In this document: piece by piece, positions 25,601 to 38,094 of the stretch | How the letters are laid out: the number at the start of each line of letters is the position of its first letter | Numbering within the stretch: the first letter of the stretch is position 1 | Assembly (NCBI GenBank): GCA_973895155.1 | Contig: OZ316896.1 | Coordinates: 10,055,525-10,119,524 of the forward strand | Length of the DNA stretch: 64,000 nt | Direction: 5' to 3' | DNA from: Marsupella aquatica | Lineage: Eukaryota; Plantae; Marchantiophyta | Notes under the pieces: model-generated | Database searches by the model: none | Told to the model about the DNA's origin: nothing | What the model saw: only the letters and a program-made list of their open reading frames with translations | Program-made: the position numbers and the translations under genes

Positions 25601-26954
25601 CTTACCGTTACTCGTCACAATAGAAACAACAGGCCCTAGAAGGCTGCACACTAGAGGACCGACTGATGGAGACCTCGTCTTCACACAAATAATAGTTCCT
25701 TCCATGTCTTCAGTTTCAGCAAGCTCAATGGCCCAAAAGAATCCAAATTGACCTTGTCCAGGGCAGGAAACCTCAATTGCATGTTCATCTTCAACTATCA
25801 AATTAGGTGATCCCAATTTCGCACCTGGTACAGCCAAAATATAGCAATTGTTAGAAACATGTACCACAAAACCAAGAAATAAATAGGTGGCTCGAGATGA
25901 TCTCAATCTTCCTTCATTTTTAGGATAGCTGAGGTGACAGTTTTATGCACTGTAGTCTGACATGTTTCAATGCCACATTTCATCCGGGGAATTTAAAAAG
26001 AGATTTCAACCCCAAGAAATCTAAAAAGATAACACAATAGTTAGGAACCACAATAGGCTCAAGATGATCTCAAGCCACCATCTATTTCAAAGAAAAAGAC
26101 AAGGGCTTGAGATGATCTCGATCCTCATATATATCAGTTGAGATTTTATTCCATTGCATATCATAAACCAGTCATCTTCACAAACGAGTTGGAGGACTAA
26201 GAAAGTGGTCCAAAAGGCAAGCTTGGATCACATTGAATAGGATATTAGTAATTGAAGTAGACGACATGGAGTCCTTCCAACTGGAAGAAATTGGCCAAGG
26301 GATACGAATGAACATAATGGAAGATGGTGATGAATATATTTGGCTTGAGACAATCTTGAGCCTAACATCTCAAACGAGTGATCCGAATATCATATTCAAC
26401 AATGAACATCATATTCAATCAATGATTAAAATCCACTTTCTCCATTGACTTCTGATACCCACAAACCCGTTCGGATGTCAATGATCAGAACGAGTTGGAG
26501 GGTAGAGAAGTCCCTGGAGGAAGGAAATTTTAGATATTTTGGATATGATGTTCACTTTTGAAGGATAAGAGTTTCCAACTTGAAGAAATCTGACTAGGTA
26601 ACATGCAGGAAATGCATATTGGCACGAGACGATCTTGAGCCTCATGCCACTTACATCAAATGCAAAATCAATTGATAGATCACAAACTTTTGAAGCAAAG
26701 TAATGCATAAAACATCAATAGGCTCGAGATGATCTCGAGCCTCAACTGCATCCAAGGAATCCAAAAACAAGTGGACCAATTGAAGCTCGAGACAATCTTG
26801 AGTTAAACCTGAACAATGAACAAAGATGATGAATTACGTTTAATGGTGCGATGGATCTGATGCGCTGAGTCTAGATGGGTCTGAAGCTCTTCCCCAACGG
26901 TTGCAAGGTTGTACTCAGCGAAGTCCTCCTTGGAGAAATCTACAACAGTCGACA
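22635..26954 (-). pseudogene. ParB-like domain fused to degenerate beta-class DNA amino-methyltransferase (outer element); upstream exons uncertain
   Basis: ORFs 25223, 24686 and 24278 share a frame across stops; AISGQHSA ParB-like motif; phase-0 intron 24204-24373; C-terminal VNPRAK...YFSCPGHTVLDFFFGGQTLKACVILGR. Confidence 0.7.
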
Positions 26955-29325
26955 TGGCTGGTGAAGAGAGGAACATACTACGGGCTGAGAACTTAAAAAC
27001 AAATCTCAGGCCTAAACAGAAAATATCAACCCTATCGAAGCTCGAGCCTAAACACAAAATCTTGACCCTATAAAATCTCGAGGAAAAAAACTAATCTCGA
27101 CCCTCTGAAATCTCGAGGCTAATACAAGGATCTCGAGGCAAGAGCGCGAGAAAATCTAGAGGCAAGAGGAGGCGAGGGAGGCAAGGAGGCGAATGTGCAA
27201 ATGGGGAGTTCAAACCCCCTGAAGCCACTATAAGCCCCTCGGCGGTCGGCCTTGAGGGCCGTGTCAAGCGTGCCACGGGCTCGTGCAGGCTCAGCCAGGC
27301 TGCCACGCAACTAGTTTGAGCGTACAGTCATTATTACGGTCACACATGTTGTCATTATTGTTATCCGTACTTCAGCCCTACCGTGAGTTTAGCCGTGACA
27401 CAAGTTCAAGCAAGCCGTCTTATTGGTCTTTTTGTGAGTCAGGGTTTTATATATTGCTTCTCTTTGCTCTCCAGCGGGTCATTCTTCTCATTTCGTTTCA
27501 CTGCTCGCTCGTTTCTCGCTCTGCCTCTCTCTCTCTCCCTCTCCCTCTCCCTCTCTCTGGCTCTAGATTTTTGCTCTGATCTCTTTCTATTGTTCTTTTT
27601 AAGGGTTGTGGACTCTACGTTTGTGTTTAGGATATGTTGAGAAATTATCATTTTAACCTCTGAAGGAGGTCTAAAATAATTGAGCACCTATCTTTTAGAA
27701 GACCAAACCTTTTCAGCTTATACTAATGTCGGTCAAAATCCATTTGGAAGCCTTTTCCCTCTATTTGATGGCCTTTTAGAAGCTATTTCTCAGTGTCTAG
27801 AAGTAAACTGGGAGCCTACTTTCTTAATTGCACCAAATCATTCCTCTAGATCATCTAGAGCCATTTATATGTTCTTATTTTGGGTGGCTTATTATTCATA
27901 ATAGTATCTTTGTCAAATACAATATCCTTTTTGGCTCGAGATCATCTCGAGTCATAAGTTTGATCCTCAAAATTATTAACTTTTGCCTTCTAGCTAATGG
28001 TGCATTCGGTTGTCCTTCTTCTAATTGAGTTTGTAGAGAGTCGGAGGTATAGAATCTGAATTTGCTATTCAATGAGATTTCATATTCTACCTTGAGATCA
28101 TCTCGAACTAGATACTTCTGAATTTTGACATATTGGTGTTTTTGGTCCCTCATCTACCTCGAGATCGTCTCGAGGTAGAAGAGTTTCTTATATTCTCTAT
28201 CACACAGTTTTATGGGATAAACTTCTACACTGGGGTTTTTTGGTTTGTTTTTGTAGTCACTTTACCTCGAGATCATCTCGAGGTAACTACATCCAACGGT
28301 TTGGACCACGTTTTCCAAATGGGGATTTTCTTTCGAGGGGACAAGGTTTGCCTCGTAATCGACGGAGTGGAAGTTGCTTGCGGGACCGTCCTCAAGGTTG
28401 ACCCGGGTGACTCAGTGCGTAATGTTGATTTGGGAAGTAATCGTATTGGAGTTCTCATTGAGAAGTGCTATGAGGGATCACGGGAAATTCCTTACCCTTT
28501 GACGCCGATCAGGACTCTATTTGATGCTGTCGACTCCTGCATTATTTGGGATGCCTCTTTTGCATATTTGAAGTCACAGTCAACTCTAGCGACAACACAA
28601 ATGGATGCCTCTTGTTCTACAAAGGATACGTTTCCCGGTTTTGTACTAGACAAATCTTTGGTGGGAAGTTTTGAAGACTCGATTATATCTGGCGACGAAG
28701 TCGAGCTCTGGATTGGCAATCAGATTGTGGCTCGTGGATTTGTGTTCAAGACGAATCCTGATGAGACCTGTCACAATGAAAGACTTGGCACTTCTAGGAT
28801 TAGTGTGAAAATATGTGAAGTTTTTCAAGGAAGGGAGAGGTTACCCTTTCCTCACAATGGAGCCGATACCGTTCAAGAAGCATTGGACACTTTTGTATTC
28901 TGGAATTTAAAGGATGTTACTTGGAGGAGTTCTTCCCAGGATATACTACACGACCTGTCCACACGGGATGTTTTTTCTAATTATAATTTCAAGGATTATA
29001 GTTTGCGTTCTAATTGGATGACCAAGGACTAGGTGGAATTGTATGTTGAGGATAATCGGACCAAAGTGGGGGTTGGCATCATCACAGTTCCTTTCGAGTC
29101 AGGTGCAATTGATGATGATGTTCTTGGGCCAGATCACGTTGGGGTTGCGGTCACACGCGTGATTGACCCTCTATTTTTCCCAAATATCTCCCCAGGAGTG
29201 CCTGGTCTTGTTAGGTGGGCCGTCCGTTCACTTCTGCTGATATCAAGGGGTATTTTTCTTTTGGATCTCATTGAAGAGGTTTCTCCAAAACCAATTATTG
29301 ATGGTCGAGATCATCTAGAGGTAGA
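24230..29325. repeat. Dispersed palindrome GGCTCGAGAT-N-ATCTCGAGCC (about 15 copies)
   Basis: Perfect copy at 26721-26741; variants near 24233, 24328, 25889, 26056, 26104, 26342, 26621, 26785, 27933, 28089, 28156, 28264, 29303. Confidence 0.88.
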
Positions 29326-30338
29326 TATGAAAGGTGACATTGAGTTTTCAAAGTGCCCGTATAACTTCATCAAGAGAACGAAGGTTAACCCAGATGAAAA
29401 AAGGAAGAAGCACTTGGAGTCTCGGGCGATACTGAAAATCACAGAGGAGGAAATTGACTCCATCCAAAGAGAAGGTTGTTGTAAGTTGAAGTGTTGCCTC
29501 AGCATGCCGAGAGAAGACCTACAGGCGATAAGGAGGGAATACCATGGGATGTCAAGCGGCAACAAAACCAGTCACATTCTCACTCTTTTTGGCTGTAGGG
29601 AGAAGGAGGTGGAGACAAAAGGATATTTCGTTGTAAGAAGTAGACTTGTTTGCAAGGGTGCATTTATTAAAATGCATGGATTCAGCACTGCCAAGTATTA
29701 TGATTACAAAAATCAATATGAAGCAGGTTGCACGGTTGGATTCCACGGAAACAAGGGTTCACACAAGACACGGGGAAGCACCTTGCATGCTCGTGCTTTG
29801 TTGGAGTCCATTCTAACCCAAAATGGAGAACCCATGCCGCATCTTCCCTATGGAGGGTCTCATGGTACTGACACGGTTGAGTACAGACTTCCATCTTGTT
29901 TCACGAAGAAAGAGATTTTTGAGGAGGTATACTCAAAAATGGAATTAGATGGCTACGTGAAGGTGAGTGAAAACACTATGTATAAACTCTGGAGTGAGTC
30001 CTTCATGAATTTTGACTTTCACAAGGGAAGTGCATTTGCAAAGTGTACACTTTGCACTGAGTTCAAAGATCAGTTGATGCGGGAGAAGAGAAAGAAAGAG
30101 CGTTTAGAGATTGAGGAAATAAGAGCTCGCCATCTTCGTGAGCAAATGTCTAGGAGATATGTTTACTATGCTCATAGGGTTCTTGCGAAGAAGGATCCTG
30201 AGAATTATCTTTGCATTATACATGACAAGATGGACCAAGCCAAGACATGGATCCCTAGGTTGGTCCCCACTCCTAAATCATTGTCTGGTAGTGGTCAACC
30301 GCTCCCCATTGCGCTCACTGGGATATTGACCCATGGAA
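28319..30338 (+). pseudogene. Outer Sola-like transposase, N-terminal part, with three Tnp1/En/Spm-like repeated domains
   Basis: Three repeats of VxxGxV...LG...IxVxI...(P.P)...W; in-frame TAG at 29030; GCCKLKCC, KCTLC, HDKMDQAK (first catalytic Asp region). Confidence 0.82.
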
Positions 30339-30494
30339 AACACGGTGACGGACCAAACGAGAAGTGTGACCACACTTCTCGTTTTGCCCGCGGCGAAAAA
30401 AGTTTCTAAGGCAAAAAAGTCTTGGATATGGAATTAGTATTCCCACTAAAAACTAGTTTTTCGAATTGAAAAAATGGGAAAAATCGACACGAAT

Positions 30495-31235
30495 ATGAAG
30501 ATGGGATACGGCGTATCCCATTTCGGATCCAACCGTGGAATTCCAAAAAAAAAAAAAAACGCAGTAAAAGTGCCGATATTGGTTTACCCAACAAGAATAT
30601 TCCAAAACAATTCTTTTCAACGGTAACATTTAACCGACTGCGATGCAACTACAGTCAAATACAAACCACGGTCAGTGAGAAAACTATAAATAGGAGATCA
30701 CCTCTTGAGAATTTTACGCTCATTTTTTCTCGCTCTGTATACTCTTACTCTCGATGAATGCACACCGTCTATACAAACTCGTATTCCCCAAAAATCAGTT
30801 TTGACGAATAGGTAAGAATCTTCCTGAAAATGGCGAGGACGAATCCCAAATGGGATACGGTGTATCCCGTTTGGGATTCAACCCTCAAATTTCAAGTTTT
30901 CATTTCACATTAGCTAAAAAAGGAGGTTGGATGCGAAGTTAGATACGGGGTATCCCATGTCGCATCCAACCTCTGAATATGAAGTATCGTAGACTCCAAA
31001 TGTCAAAACCTCAACATTGAATGCAAAATGGGATACGGCGTATCCCGTTTGGGATTCACTCTTCAAATGTCCTGTTTTTTTCTCTTTAGCTAAAAAAGGA
31101 GGTTGGATGCGAAGTGGGATACGGGGTATCCCATGTCGCATCCAAACTGCGAAAATGAAGCATCTTAGAACATAAATGTTAAAACCTCAACGTTGAATGC
31201 GAAATGGGATACAGCGTATCCCGTTTGGGATTCAC
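30495..31235. repeat. Palindrome array 1: TGGGATAC-NNN-GTATCCCA core with extended arms, six copies
   Basis: Copies near 30502, 30841, 30926, 31017, 31101, 31192. Confidence 0.9.
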
Positions 31236-31944
31236 TCTTCAAATGTCCAGTTTTGATTGCCCATGTGGTATTTACCTAGAGTTTATTTGAATGATGGGAA
31301 AAACCTTATGGATTACTGATTGTTTCGCAGGCGAAGTTCAACTAAACTGTACGCACTGAAGCTCTTGCTGCCTTTCAGTGACCGACACCCACTCAAGCTT
31401 AAGCTTTCCTTGAAAAATGAAGTTTTCTCTTGTGAGTCTAATGGCAGTTCAGAATCAAAACCTTGAGAAATGTGCTCATCGATTGTATAAGCGATTAGTT
31501 GCACTCAAAGTTCTTCATCCTGGATTAGGCGCGCTATGGACCGGAGGCGTGGATCCACATGATAGTTTGAATCCACTCCGAATAGAGTTTTATGAAAAAA
31601 AATGAGGATGGAGTTTTGATTCGGTTGAGGATATGTTTGAGTGGTTGTCTGCACTCTGTTAATTCTTCTTGTAACTATTGTCGTGATGCCCAAAACAAAT
31701 ATCATCGATTGGCATATTTTTGTTGTCGGATTTGGAACGAAGATCCTTGGGTTAACTTATCGCGTTGAATTTTCTTGATTAGTGTGTAAGTGTTTAGGTG
31801 AACGTTCTTGGGTCAAACATTTTGTGAATATATTTTTATTTTGATCAAAGAAATAAAATCAGTTTTTCCATCACTGTTTTGTAGGTTGCTGAGAAAGAGC
31901 TCACCATCTCATTTATTACTCCAGGTATCCACTCTTATTTTGGA

Positions 31945-32496
31945 ATGGCAGTCACTGAGAACCCTGTCTTTACAAGGTTAGCGATGTCATTCGACAAAGA
32001 GAAGAAACAAATTCAACAAAAAAGTGGCCAAAGGGAATCCAGATTGCTTTTGGATGGACTTCCTGACGAGATTGTTGAAACGTTCATTTGGCCCATTTTG
32101 AAAGTTTGTTGTATAGAGGATGAGTTTGATTCCTCCAAGAACCAAGCTGATGAAAGATTGATGCGATTAAAAACCATGGTGTGGTTTGGATGCACCTCCA
32201 AGAAATGGAACCAGCTCGTAATTTGTACACGAGTCTGGGGTATTCTTAGACTAGCAAAAAGCCAGCTTGAGGAAGTAAATGAAATGCTGACAAGCATTCC
32301 CGATGGAAAACCCCTTCAGAATGTTCATATTGAAGCTTTTGTTAGGATGGAAACACCGAATCTTCCTCCAATCGATTTCTTAGGTTTATTTTCAAGGTCT
32401 GACCTAAATCGATTTCAAGAAGACTGGCACAATCTTGAGAAAGATGAGCAAGCGAGGCTCTTGGAAATGTATGGGGAAGCTTCTAGTCTGGTTTAG
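31945..32496 (+). CDS. F-box-like protein (transposon cargo)
   Basis: Uninterrupted 183-aa ORF; LLDGLPDEIVETFIWP ... CTSKKWNQLV resembles an F-box with an insertion. Confidence 0.55.
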   Translation: MAVTENPVFTRLAMSFDKEKKQIQQKSGQRESRLLLDGLPDEIVETFIWPILKVCCIEDEFDSSKNQADERLMRLKTMVWFGCTSKKWNQLVICTRVWGILRLAKSQLEEVNEMLTSIPDGKPLQNVHIEAFVRMETPNLPPIDFLGLFSRSDLNRFQEDWHNLEKDEQARLLEMYGEASSLV

Positions 32497-32939
32497 AGCC
32501 ATCTTGAATGGGCTCTTTGTAAAGACTCTTTTTAAGAATATCAACTTAGTTTTTTTTGTGGCACAATTCCGAATGAATAAAGAGTTACCCGATTCGCTAC
32601 GCGTAAAATCTATTTGGTTGAATACAAGGACTTGGGGATATGCCTTATCTCTAGTCCCATCAAGAGAAAAAAATATACATAGACATCCGGACTCCAACCC
32701 TACGCTTTTGGATACACATTATCGCCTGTGGAAACCTTATCACCTGTGGATACGAAGGTGATAAAGTATAAATAGGAGTGCCTGGTCAGAAAAATTACTC
32801 TCATTTCTTTTTCTTCTCAACTTTGTTTACCTCCGCGTTTTTCTCGGGCCGCAACATCTCTATAGCTTTTCGTATTTGCTCGAATCGAAACCAAAAACTA
32901 GGTAAAACCTGAAGAAACTCTCCCCTCCTCGTTTGGTTA

Positions 32940-33330
32940 ATTGTTGAATCCTGAGAGGGATACACCGTATCCCCATTTGTATTCAACTCTATTATTTGGC
33001 CTCCTTTTCAATATTGAATACGAGATGGGATACCGCGTATCCCATCTCGCATTGAACACCCTCTTTTAGTCTTCCATCCGAACCTCCTCGCTCTTTCTTG
33101 ACTTTGAATACGAACTGGGATACCGCGTATCCCATTTCGCATTCAACTTCCTCTTTTTTGTGCTTTGCATCAGACTCGAGGCAATTGTTGAGGTTGGATG
33201 CGAAGTGGGATATCGCGTATCCCATTTTGCATTCAAGTCCCTCTTTTTTGTTAATTGCATCAGACTCTGGACATTTGTTGTTGTTGGATGCGAAGTGGGA
33301 TACCGCGTATCCCATTTTGCATTCAACTCC
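32940..33330. repeat. Palindrome array 2, mostly ~90-bp period, upstream of the ParB-MTase gene
   Basis: Five copies near 32944, 33014, 33104, 33193, 33283. Confidence 0.9.
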
Positions 33331-33425
33331 CTCTTTTCTGTTCTTTGCATCAGACTTGGCAATTATTGATGTTGGATGCCAAGTGGTTTGGTCTGGTTCT
33401 AAGTGTGTCAATCTTTTTCAGGATC

Positions 33426-36400
33426 ATGTCGAACAAATCAAAGTCGTCTAGTTCGACCCAGTCTTCATGGACATCCATCATCGATGAGATTTGGAAGAAA
33501 GACCTTTACACGGAGGAGAAACTCGTGAGGAATAGGTGGTACTTCAGGGATGCTCGGGCAATGGATATTCACATAGCCTATGAAGGTCCAGCGGTGTGGT
33601 TGGTTATCGTTAAGGGTAAAGACCATTGCCATTATGGATTAGTCGTGGACACCGGGGAGGCGGATATCATCGACTCAAAAACAAAACAGCTGAAGAAGAT
33701 TCCAATGTACCTTTGCATTCTTTCGAACAATGCCTTCACTGTAGTTGTCCTCAACTATAAGAAACTTGATCGGGTCTCGATGAACACATTTCCTCATGAC
33801 CCAATCTGCCAACTAATTTCGGAAGTGCCGGAGATTGAGGACTTTTCTTATTGGTGTTTGAAATTTGTCTTGAAGTCTTGGAGGGTTGTTGAGGATTTTA
33901 CGAAGGTAACATATAGGTCAGTTGTTGGAGCCAACTTTGGCGTCAAAGAGCGGCCTTTGAAGTTGAAAGTGACAAAGCCTACCGATCCGGCTTCAAAGTC
34001 AGGGGAGATGTCTAGAACACCCTCGACAAAGGAGAAATCTGCCATAGTTTCTCTTAAGGAACCGGCAAAGAGGAAGCTTGCAGATCAACTCTCTGGGGAA
34101 GGTTCTAAAGTAGCGGTGTCAGGAGAAGCTATTGTCAAGAAGAAATTGGATCGACGTGACATCCAGAAGCGCGCGCCTTCTGCACCAGAAAGTGTTGTCT
34201 CATCTTTGGTCCCACCAATTTCATAGACACCTCACATTCCTTCAACTTTGTCAGGTGGGCTTTCTTTATCATCTAGAGGAGCTGTTAAAGAAAAGAAAAA
34301 TGATTCAACAGATATCACCACAGCTTTGCAGCGGGAAAAGACACTTGTGGTTCGTGAAGTAGTATCTTGGTTGATGGAGACTAAGCGAGTTCAGAAGACA
34401 ACAGTTATTCTGAAAACAACTAACCTGCTTCTTGTTGACGATATTGACGACGAGAACTCAACGTTGGTTCGAACAGTCGATCAGTTGCATGTGGAGAACA
34501 TCAAGACTTTGATGAAAATGAATCCGACAAATTTCACGACGCCATTTGTCTTGTTTGTGATCCTGGAAGACTGCCCGACAGTGACAGACTAGGACCCAGA
34601 AAAGGCATCAAGCTAGAGATATCGAGTGATTGGAGGTAATCACGGTGCTCGGGCCAAGAGAGAATTGTATCAGGCTTATGGGAGAGAGATCTTCAATGAA
34701 CTCCAAGCTTGGGTGTATGCTGGTCTCACAAGGGAGGACATTCAGAAACTTAGCATCCAACATAATATTGATCAGGAGTACAGGAAAAAAATGAACAACA
34801 TTGATCAAATCCGAACAATGCATAAGATTTTCCTTGCCAGAGGAATGGCAAAAACCAAGGAGAGTAGAGAAGCGTGTGCGATGGAGGTTTGCCTCGACGG
34901 GTTTTTTCCGGGGGACGCCACAAGCCTGAAGAAGCATGAGCCTCTCTTCCAAATTGCGTTTAGGTCGGGTAAGGTCTGGGAACTCCAAGACCAGATCTTT
35001 GAGATGTGGAACAAGTTGGAGATCAAAGGGCAGAATAAGCAGAAGTCACCTATCAAGAAACTCAAGAAAGGAAAGGGAAAAGCGCAGTCGATTCCAAAAG
35101 CTTTGAATAAGCTTGCAGGGGGCCTTACCTTGACACCTTGGAGAGCAATCCAGGGAATTGAACACGACCGATTTTTGGAGTCCCTTCTTCTCCGAGTGAA
35201 GGACCGGATGATCTCTTTGGAGCATATGGCAAAAGAAGCCGAGAGTTACAAGAAACTTGTGAAAATCAGCAAGCTTTTTGTTCAGTTGTCAGGGCAGAAA
35301 GACTGGGCGACTTGCAAACGAATGTTTCCGAAAGAAACAGAATCTGCCGAGCTTGAAAGATGGAGTGGGAAATTGTCCGATGTGGTATGTTCTCCCCTTC
35401 CACTGATTGGACTTTTCTATTTGTTTCGCCATGTTCGGAGGTTTTCTTTGTGGATTTCTTGTTGGAATGCGAAATGGGATACGGGGTATCCCATCTCGGA
35501 TTCACTTGTGCTTATTTGATGTTGGTGATGTTTCAATGCGGTTTTTTCTTGGTTGAATGCCAAGTGGGATACTCGGTATCTCATCTCGTATTCACTTGTG
35601 GTTATTTGAAGTTTGTGATGTTTCAATGTGGTTTTTGCTTGGTTGAATTCAAAGTGGGATACGCGGTATCCCATCTCGTATTCAATATGGTTATTTGACG
35701 TTTGAGATGTTTCAATGTGGTTTTTGCTTGGTCGAATGCGAAGTGGGATACAGGGTATCCCATCTCGGATTCACTTGTGGTTATTTGACGGTGGTGATGT
35801 TTGACTATGGTTTTTGTTTGGTTGAATACGAACTAGGATACGGAGTATCCCATGTTGCATTCGTCGTCCAGATTTGATTGTTTGAATTCCTAAATGGTTA
35901 TCTCCCCATTGTCTTTCCTCTAGATTCTTTTAACAAGTTTGCGTTTGCAGTTGAAAGCTTTTTCGAAGAAGAAGAACAAGGATGCAATTGGTGCTGATGC
36001 GGTTGAGAAGCCTACGGAGGAGCTGACTTCGAGTGTTATTCCCCCGGGGTTTAAGAATTACGTTCAAGAAGCGATTGAGAACTACAACCGTCGTCGTGGG
36101 ATTGAAACGGTTGAAGCAGAGTCGAGTGACCATCGATGGAAAAATGCTGACATAAATTTTATCAGATATACATTGCATTGTGGAGATGTCAGGGCGCTGG
36201 ATAAGTTTGTAAAGAAAAGGAATTACACACTTGCAATTGCAGACATTCCTTATGGATTCAATGCGCTTGGCTCTGAAAATGATGAGGTCCCATTTTCAGA
36301 GAATGATATTGTGGATATGGTGAATTGTTTTGCCAAGGTGACAAGTTCAAAGATGTGGAGGTTTGTTGTGATTCACTCTTTGCAGCAAACTTGGTCTGTG

Positions 36401-37060
36401 ATGAATGCTCTTGGAAAAACTTGTAACGCAGGTGTAGAGGCTAGAATTTGGGAGAAGCCAAATGTACATGCTCATCCTTCCGGGAATCGATTGGCTTGGG
36501 CTTTTGAAAACTGGTCAATCGGATATTATCACGAGAGTGGTATTAGGACCAGAGACATGTACAATTTTGAACATGATGAGAAAAGGGTAAACATCATAAA
36601 AGTCCCTTATGTTACAAAGAAATGTGTAACACCATTGGGAGAAATAGTGAACCCTTACCAGAAACCGATAGCTTTAGCAGATTGCTTCGTTCAACATTTT
36701 AGTGAAGCAGGGGATTGGGTTGCTGATTTATGTGCGGGGAGTGGTTCGACCTCATGCACTGCCTTGTTAGGGAAACGTCCAGTGACAGCCGTGGAGCTCA
36801 GTGCAAGCCAGGTGGATTGTATCCAGAAACGACTTGTCACGCTTGATGAATCGTGGGACTTGAATGATGAAGCAACCGAGGAGGGTACAGGACCCATGAG
36901 CTTTGAGGTTCAACCACCTATTGGTGGTACTATGAGCACCCTCACCACTCGAACTTGCATTATTACAACCACGGAGGAGAACGACAATGATGAGGATGAA
37001 GAGGATAAAGTGGAACATGAAGCTCCGGCACTTGATCTTGGCTCATTCCTTGAGGTATAG
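33426..37060 (+). pseudogene. ~1030-aa ParB-like + beta-class N6A/N4C DNA methyltransferase fusion; exons 33426-35384 and 35924-37060
   Basis: One frame across three TAG stops; VIGGNHGARA ParB-like motif; phase-0 GT-AG intron; ADIPYG (motif IV) precedes YQKP...DWVADLCAGSGST...AVE (motifs X, I, II). Confidence 0.85.
35455..35865. repeat. Palindrome array 3: five 90-bp tandem units inside the ParB-MTase intron
   Basis: Units start near 35461, 35551, 35641, 35731, 35821; sequences between palindromes are near-identical. Confidence 0.92.
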
Positions 37061-37160
37061 ACTTAAGTTTGATTAGTTCTCTCATGTTGTATCTATTGAT
37101 CCAAACTTGTGAAATATTGAGGAAGATTATAATTGGACTATGTTCTTATTTCACAAAGTA

Positions 37161-38083
37161 ATGTCTTTGCAAGAACCAAAGGAGGATTTTGTATTGAAAC
37201 ATGTTCTGCATAGATTCTCACACAATTCTTCTAGTGGATTTTTTTTGGACAATAAAACATTGAGCCAACTTGAACCCGGTCAATATTTGGGTGATGAAAT
37301 AATGGAATTTTACCCACAATTAATAACCGAGGAACATGGAGATCTGGCTCCCTCAGTAAACACATTATCCTCTTTTTTTACCCTTGGCTTGTTTCAAGGA
37401 TTGAAACAGAACCAACTGAGACCTTGTTGGAATCAATTCAAAAGATCCAAAATTATTACAAGCCACCATTTTCCCAAATTGAGGTCATTCTCATGCCAAT
37501 TCACATGAGCATGCACTGGAGTCTGGTTGTAATATGTTTGGATCAGATTGAATCTTCGATCAAAATGTATCATCTAGACTCTCTCGCCGGTCTACACTCA
37601 ACCCATGTAATTGGATCAATACTGAGCAGGTACGTATATATTCTATTACATTTTTTCAATTTGAATTTATTTATGTGGTACATAAATATAAACACTTTGG
37701 ACTAAGAACTTTGAATGATAATTTGCAGATATTTTATAATGGAATGGGAATTATTTTTTGGAAAAGTTCCAATGGAAGTTGTGGAGATATACAATCCAAT
37801 GGTAAGGATTTGAAAAGTTATTTCAACTTTTATTTAGTTCAATTATTAAACACTTTGGACTAACTTTAAGATTCTTTCTCAGGTACCTCAACAACCAAAC
37901 AATTCAGATTGTGGTCTATTTGTTCTTCAAAATATGGACGAAATCAGAATTCAATGGCATATTACACAATGCCTTGATGCACAGTCTTTATTTACTGAAA
38001 AATGGTACAATTGTAAAAGAGCATGTAACCTTAGAAAATTCATTCGAGATCAAATTCTAAAATTGATGCATGTACCTATTTAA
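37161..38083 (+). pseudogene. Ulp1/SENP-like C48 cysteine protease, three exons, one frameshift near 37430
   Basis: YLGDEIMEFY; ILMPIHMSMHWSLVVI; YHLDSL; final exon 37883-38083 reads VPQQPNNSDCGLFVL. Confidence 0.85.
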
Positions 38084-38094
38084 GGACATCAATC

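Noticed and set aside
32992-33451. Repetitive ORFs (ECKMGYAVSHF, KWDTRYP) on both strands
   Set aside because: They are translations of the 90-bp palindrome array
35455-35865. CRISPR-like look of the regularly spaced palindromic repeats (also 32940-33330)
   Set aside because: Spacers within an array are near-copies of each other, no cas genes are present, and the array lies in a spliceosomal intron
35924-37060. Bacterial contamination or a restriction-modification system
   Set aside because: The gene has a GT-AG intron, lies within TIRs and a TSD in plant-type TE context, and has no recognisable nuclease partner
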